Shown here piece by piece: positions 59,570 through 64,000 of a stretch of DNA of 64,000 nt. Position 1 is the first letter of the stretch; each line of letters opens with the position of its first letter. The translations under genes were made by a program, and so were the position numbers. Source of the stretch: an uncultured Verrucomicrobiae bacterium (GTDB lineage Bacteria; Verrucomicrobiota; Verrucomicrobiia; Chthoniobacterales; JAFAMB01); contig CAWIPH010000002.1 of assembly GCA_963837955.1 (NCBI GenBank), positions 64,001 to 128,000 of the forward strand. The letters are read 5' to 3'. The notes under the pieces are model-generated. The model was not told the origin of the DNA. It did not search any database and worked only from the letters and a program-made list of their open reading frames with translations.

Positions 59570-59672
59570 GCAGAATGATCCAAAAACGAAAACGGCGCTG
59601 GCAACCGGTCTGATGTCATAGACCTAGCCGTTACCGGCGTTCCCGGCGTTCTCGGCGCTGTCGGCGTTACTC

Positions 59673-61856
59673 CTACTTATCCGATTCGACCATGATCTTT
59701 GTCGAGGCGGTGCGGCCTTGGTCATCTGTCGCTGCGAGCGTGTAGGTGCCGGGTCCTGGGGACCAGTAGAAAGTATCGCCGTGTTGAGCCGCGCCCAAGA
59801 ACGAGCGATTTGCGAACCAAAATAATTGCTTTACCTCGCTACCGGTTCGGGCACGCAACGCAATGACTCGTTCTGATTGTTTCTGCGTACCCTGCCAGCT
59901 CACGACCTTTGGCAGCGGTAAGATCTGCAGTTCGGTGTTCATCTCGTTCGAGCGGGTCGCTTTCCTGGGTAGTCCGACGGTCTCGAAAAATCGCTCCGCT
60001 TCACTGTCCCAGTTCTCTGAGCCCTCACCGCCGTGCAAATGACAGCGAGTGATCGGCGAAACGCCGGGAATCACCCATTCTTTCTTTGTGTGAGGACAGT
60101 GCGGTCCGGCTATACAACCTGATACGCTGCAGACGTCGATCTTCAGCAGGTTCGCTCCCGCCGGGGGCGACAGTGGTGTTGCTGTAATCTTTTTTTCTGC
60201 AGCTAGCTTGCTAGCGATTCGAAGAAAGAGCGGTACAGCGGCTGTTCGGCCAGTGAACGATGGATTAGCTCGACCGTTGAAGTTACCAATCCAAACCACC
60301 AACACATAACGCCCGATAACGCCGCAACACCAGGCGTCGTGGTATCCAGTCGAAGTGCCCGTCTTATACGGTAGATTGACCGACGGTGCCGCAGGTAAAT
60401 GGATTGCCGCTTCGCTCGCGGTCAACATGTCGAGCGTAATAAACGATGCTTCGGGCGACAACATCTGGAAGCCTTCCGTCTTTGGATCATCTAGAGACGT
60501 GCGGAGCGGTTTCACTCTCCCGTTGTTCACGAGTGCCGCGTACAGCTTTCCCAGATCTTGCATTGTCACATCCACGGTTCCGAGTACTGCAGAAAGGCCG
60601 TACGGGTTGTTAGCCTTCAGTCCACGGACTTCTGCCGCGGTGAGGAAACGGTATAGCGCATCTGACCCGAGACGAGCTGCGAGAGTAACGGCCGGCAGAT
60701 TGCGACTTCGAGCCAGAGCCAAGCGGGCCGGGATGGGTCCATCATAGCTGCCGTCGATGTTCTCTGGCAAATAGTTGCCGAAGCGAGCCGGGGCGTCGAA
60801 CAGAAGCGAAGAAGGATTAATTAGGCCATGCTCGATCGCCAGGCCGTAGACGAATGGTTTCAGAGTTGATCCGGGCGATCGAAACTGGCGGGTGCCGTCG
60901 TTCTGGCCTGCGATCGATTGGTTCCGAAATCCGCCCGAACCAACCGAAGCAAGTACTTCCATCGACTGAGAATCAATGAGCAGCGCTGCGGCATTATCGA
61001 TTCCAGCGCTAGCCCGATCACGCAAGTACTGCTGCAACTCTGTCTGGGTGGTCCTCTGCGCAATCGGATCAAGCGTCAGACGGAGATCCCCGTTTTTGCG
61101 CCCCAGAACAGCTTGAACGATATGCGGAGCGAGAAAGGGAAGCTCTTCGATCCGGCGGTAATGCAGCGGAAGATCGGCCAACGGATCATTCCAAGTGAGG
61201 CGATTCAGTCTTTCTCTGGCACGAAGCAACGATTCAGGATCAGCGCCATGAATCGGAGCGCGTTTTGCTGGGGATTGCGGAAGCACGGCCAAGGCGAGGA
61301 TCTCCTGTCTGCTTAGCTCTTTTGGCTTCTTGCCAAAATAGATCAGACTGGCTGCGCCAATGCCTTCGATGTTTCTCCCGTAGGGTGCGAGGTTGAAATA
61401 TGCCTCGAGTATTTCCGATTTTCGGTAGTGCCGTTCGATTTGCAGGGCGAGCAAAATCTGACGGAGCTTTCCGGGAATCGTCCGCGTATTGAGGTGATAA
61501 CGGAGCCGAGCGACCTGCATCGTCAGAGTCGACGCACCTGATCGCGGTCCTCCTATGACCAGTTCAGCCGCTGCCCGAAGCAAAGAGAACGGATTGACGC
61601 CGATGTGTTGCCAATAATTGCGGTCCTCCTGCGTCATCAATGCTTCAATGAAATCTGGAGATACCTCGTCCACACTGGTTCGAATTCGATATCGCTGGTC
61701 GCTCGCCGTCGTAAGCCTGAGTAGGCCGCCCTGTCGGTCACGGACCACCGAAGAGAAGGTGATACCGTCTACCAGCAGCGGCCGCGGAAGCAGGTACCAC
61801 CCACCGCCAACCAGAAGCAGGCTAATCGAAAGCAAGAGAGCGATCCGTCTTTTCAT
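59673..61856 (-). CDS. pbpC: Penicillin-binding protein 1C
   Basis: Transglycosylase QEDR, GASTLTMQVAR; SxxK (STLK), SRN, KTGTS; coupled to the A2M gene. Confidence 0.92.
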   Translation of the reverse strand: MKRRIALLLSISLLLVGGGWYLLPRPLLVDGITFSSVVRDRQGGLLRLTTASDQRYRIRTSVDEVSPDFIEALMTQEDRNYWQHIGVNPFSLLRAAAELVIGGPRSGASTLTMQVARLRYHLNTRTIPGKLRQILLALQIERHYRKSEILEAYFNLAPYGRNIEGIGAASLIYFGKKPKELSRQEILALAVLPQSPAKRAPIHGADPESLLRARERLNRLTWNDPLADLPLHYRRIEELPFLAPHIVQAVLGRKNGDLRLTLDPIAQRTTQTELQQYLRDRASAGIDNAAALLIDSQSMEVLASVGSGGFRNQSIAGQNDGTRQFRSPGSTLKPFVYGLAIEHGLINPSSLLFDAPARFGNYLPENIDGSYDGPIPARLALARSRNLPAVTLAARLGSDALYRFLTAAEVRGLKANNPYGLSAVLGTVDVTMQDLGKLYAALVNNGRVKPLRTSLDDPKTEGFQMLSPEASFITLDMLTASEAAIHLPAAPSVNLPYKTGTSTGYHDAWCCGVIGRYVLVVWIGNFNGRANPSFTGRTAAVPLFLRIASKLAAEKKITATPLSPPAGANLLKIDVCSVSGCIAGPHCPHTKKEWVIPGVSPITRCHLHGGEGSENWDSEAERFFETVGLPRKATRSNEMNTELQILPLPKVVSWQGTQKQSERVIALRARTGSEVKQLFWFANRSFLGAAQHGDTFYWSPGPGTYTLAATDDQGRTASTKIMVESDK

Positions 61857-64000
61857 TTCGCCTCCAGCACCCCAGTTTCTCCGACCGCCTGTACTGTCCG
61901 ATTGTACATAGCCTGAGCGCTTACCGGAGGTACGATGAGTTTGCCTGTAGCTGTCACTTTTGCCTGATACCGGATCTCCTTAACGGCTTTGCTTGCTGTT
62001 AGGTAGAGGATGACCCGGTCTTCACGCACATCAGAAAAGCTGGCACTTTCGCCCTCCAAATTTACGCCGCCATCTTCGTTCCGAACCACTTCAAAACCGC
62101 TCGGCAGCAAATCAACGATCGCAACATTTTCGACAGATGATCCTGTCGTGGAGCGGATTCGAATTCGGACATGAATTGTATCTCCGACATGGAGCGATCC
62201 GAGTTTTTCGCCCTTGTCGTTGACGTAATCTCGGCTCACTTCCAAGCCAGATTCTTTCGGAGCGATCGATTTTGGAAATCCGCTTTGGGTCACCTGGTAA
62301 TAACCCGGGGCTGAGTTTTGGGTTGATCCGATGGCGAACTTTAATTTGGAAGTCTCGGGCGGGAGGATGACGCTACTCGAGCCCTGCAGGGGCAAAGGTT
62401 TCCAGCCGTTACTCCATCCGCTGATTTGCAGGCTGGCTTTACTGGTTGGGAGCGCGGATTGGCAAGCGGCTAACGCTCTCAAACAATATGCTGCGGACAC
62501 CGTATTGAAATCGCCAGTCAGAAGCGGGCGGAAAGTTTGCTCGAACTGTTTACCCTGGATGTCGCGAAGCCTCGCCGGAAAATGGCGTGCTAAGATAGTT
62601 AGATATTGAGCGTCCTGCACGAGCGGACTTGACATTTCACTGCCAGAAGACTCGGGGTGTAGTCGGTAATAATTTATCCAATCGTTCGCTTCCCGCTGCT
62701 TCATCAGCAATTGAGCAGAAGCTGCCAGATAGACACCGGTCAGAGATTTCTTCCACTCGTCTGGGAATCGGCGATCGAGTTCGTCGTGCAGATTCACCAA
62801 TTCATTCGTCATCACGAGCTCTCGCCGGGTTAAGAGGTAGATTGCCTTCGCGGTGATCTCGGCATCTTTCAAAGAATCCGGCGTCTTGGCGGTCAGGCTC
62901 TTCAAGTAATCGATCGCCTTTTCGTCCATCTCGTGCGGCAGTTTGACGCCGGCTGTTTTAGCTTCCGCAAAAAACTCCATGACATAGATGGACATCTGAT
63001 CCGTGTCGTTGGATTCAACGCCGGGCCAATAGCTAAATCCCCCCTCGCTTCCCTGTCTCTCTCCGAGCGTTTTGAAATAACTCACAAAATTCGCATTGAG
63101 CTGAGAAACGGAGGGCGGTATTCCGCCTGGCTGTGTAGCCAGGAGATTGGCGAAAGCCTTGCTGGTCAGTTGCTCGGAACAATCGAATGGATAATTGTCG
63201 AGAAATTTTGCCAGTCCACTGACTAACACCGTCGGGGTAGTCGAAAGCGCGGCCGACCTCGTCAAATATTGGGGATAGAATTGTTGGTTTAGTTCGATCT
63301 CTTTCTCGCCGGCCTCCATTTTCCCGTTTTCGATCAGGGTCAATCGCGGGGTGGCTGGGCGGACGCTTAGCGTGCGCTTTCGCTGTACCGTTTCTTCGGG
63401 CAACTTCGCGGTAAACCGGAGTACGGCGTTGCCCAACGGTTCATTCACGCGAATTGGCCAACGTAGCGTTGTGCTGCCATTTTTAACCAAGTGGATGTGT
63501 TGAGTGGAATCACCGGAGCTCTTCAGCCCGCCTTCGGTCTCCAGTCGTACCTCGGTGTCAATCTGGTCTTCGCTGGCGTTCGTTAGGCTGGTGGTAGCGA
63601 TAAATTCGTCACCTGGAATTACTGCCAGAGGAGCCTGCGGAGTGATGATGAGCGGTCCGTGAATTGCGGCGTCTGCCTGAGCTGAACCTTCTCCATCGAT
63701 AGTGTCCGCGACCGCCATTACTCGGACACTGCCATCAAAGAAATCTGGAATGGTGTAAGTGACTTCCTGCCCTTGCTGCCCGACGTGAATGACCCCAGAC
63801 CAGAAGACGACCGGTTTCTCCGTCACTCTAGAGAACGGATTCAGATTCTTGGCGACATGCTCATCCCCACCGCCCGGAGCGGAATGCGACCTCAAGCGGG
63901 AGTATTCCGGAAGCAGTGAGTCAAGCGCTTGGTGAGTTAAAACCTCCAATTGCCGCTTCCGGAAGAGCCAACCAAGCGGATCCGGCAGTTCATAGTCGCT
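61853..64000 (-). CDS. Bacterial alpha-2-macroglobulin, C-terminal part (5' end outside window)
   Basis: PGGG bait-region motif, F.G.VRVMAV, thioester YPFDCSEQ, DLLPSGFE, DVREDR, AMY; frame is open to the window edge. Confidence 0.92.
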   Translation of the reverse strand, partial: SDYELPDPLGWLFRKRQLEVLTHQALDSLLPEYSRLRSHSAPGGGDEHVAKNLNPFSRVTEKPVVFWSGVIHVGQQGQEVTYTIPDFFDGSVRVMAVADTIDGEGSAQADAAIHGPLIITPQAPLAVIPGDEFIATTSLTNASEDQIDTEVRLETEGGLKSSGDSTQHIHLVKNGSTTLRWPIRVNEPLGNAVLRFTAKLPEETVQRKRTLSVRPATPRLTLIENGKMEAGEKEIELNQQFYPQYLTRSAALSTTPTVLVSGLAKFLDNYPFDCSEQLTSKAFANLLATQPGGIPPSVSQLNANFVSYFKTLGERQGSEGGFSYWPGVESNDTDQMSIYVMEFFAEAKTAGVKLPHEMDEKAIDYLKSLTAKTPDSLKDAEITAKAIYLLTRRELVMTNELVNLHDELDRRFPDEWKKSLTGVYLAASAQLLMKQREANDWINYYRLHPESSGSEMSSPLVQDAQYLTILARHFPARLRDIQGKQFEQTFRPLLTGDFNTVSAAYCLRALAACQSALPTSKASLQISGWSNGWKPLPLQGSSSVILPPETSKLKFAIGSTQNSAPGYYQVTQSGFPKSIAPKESGLEVSRDYVNDKGEKLGSLHVGDTIHVRIRIRSTTGSSVENVAIVDLLPSGFEVVRNEDGGVNLEGESASFSDVREDRVILYLTASKAVKEIRYQAKVTATGKLIVPPVSAQAMYNRTVQAVGETGVLEAK

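Overview
A 64-kb bacterial window. The protein repertoire (DUF6600-like proteins with PTPTP tails, a short RpoD paralog, and the repeat types) suggests Verrucomicrobiota/Chthoniobacterales, but this is inference only. Bases 1-38.7 kb form a large surface-glycan locus: the 3' end of wzm, wzt with a C-terminal domain, six FkbM and three other SAM methyltransferases, two sulfotransferase paralogs, GT2/GT-B glycosyltransferases, a GtrA/GtrB set and four candidate GT-C membrane transferases (a fifth lies at 40.5-42.6 kb). It also holds a heptose pathway (transaldolase, gmhA, hddA, gmhB, hddC) with a Ugd-like protein lacking the catalytic Cys, plus SDR, Gfo/Idh/MocA and epimerase genes. Between 25.5 and 36.5 kb almost every gene junction carries short-period (7/8/9-nt) tandem arrays, often as inverted pairs, together with GTAG-type REP hairpins. 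One inverted pair encloses an antisense four-helix-bundle gene with its own predicted promoter; others enclose nothing or a ~300-bp MITE-like element that recurs at 59.2 kb. The right part holds vapBC, a frameshifted J-domain gene, hxlR with an oxidoreductase, tRNA-Thr(TGT), a sigma-70 paralog, thiolase, two paralogous HAF-repeat + DUF6600-like secreted proteins, a deleted flavoprotein pseudogene, an S10 peptidase and the alpha-2-macroglobulin/pbpC pair (A2M truncated by the window edge). Several single-base frameshifts may be assembly errors. All calls come from reading motifs by eye; no database searches were run.
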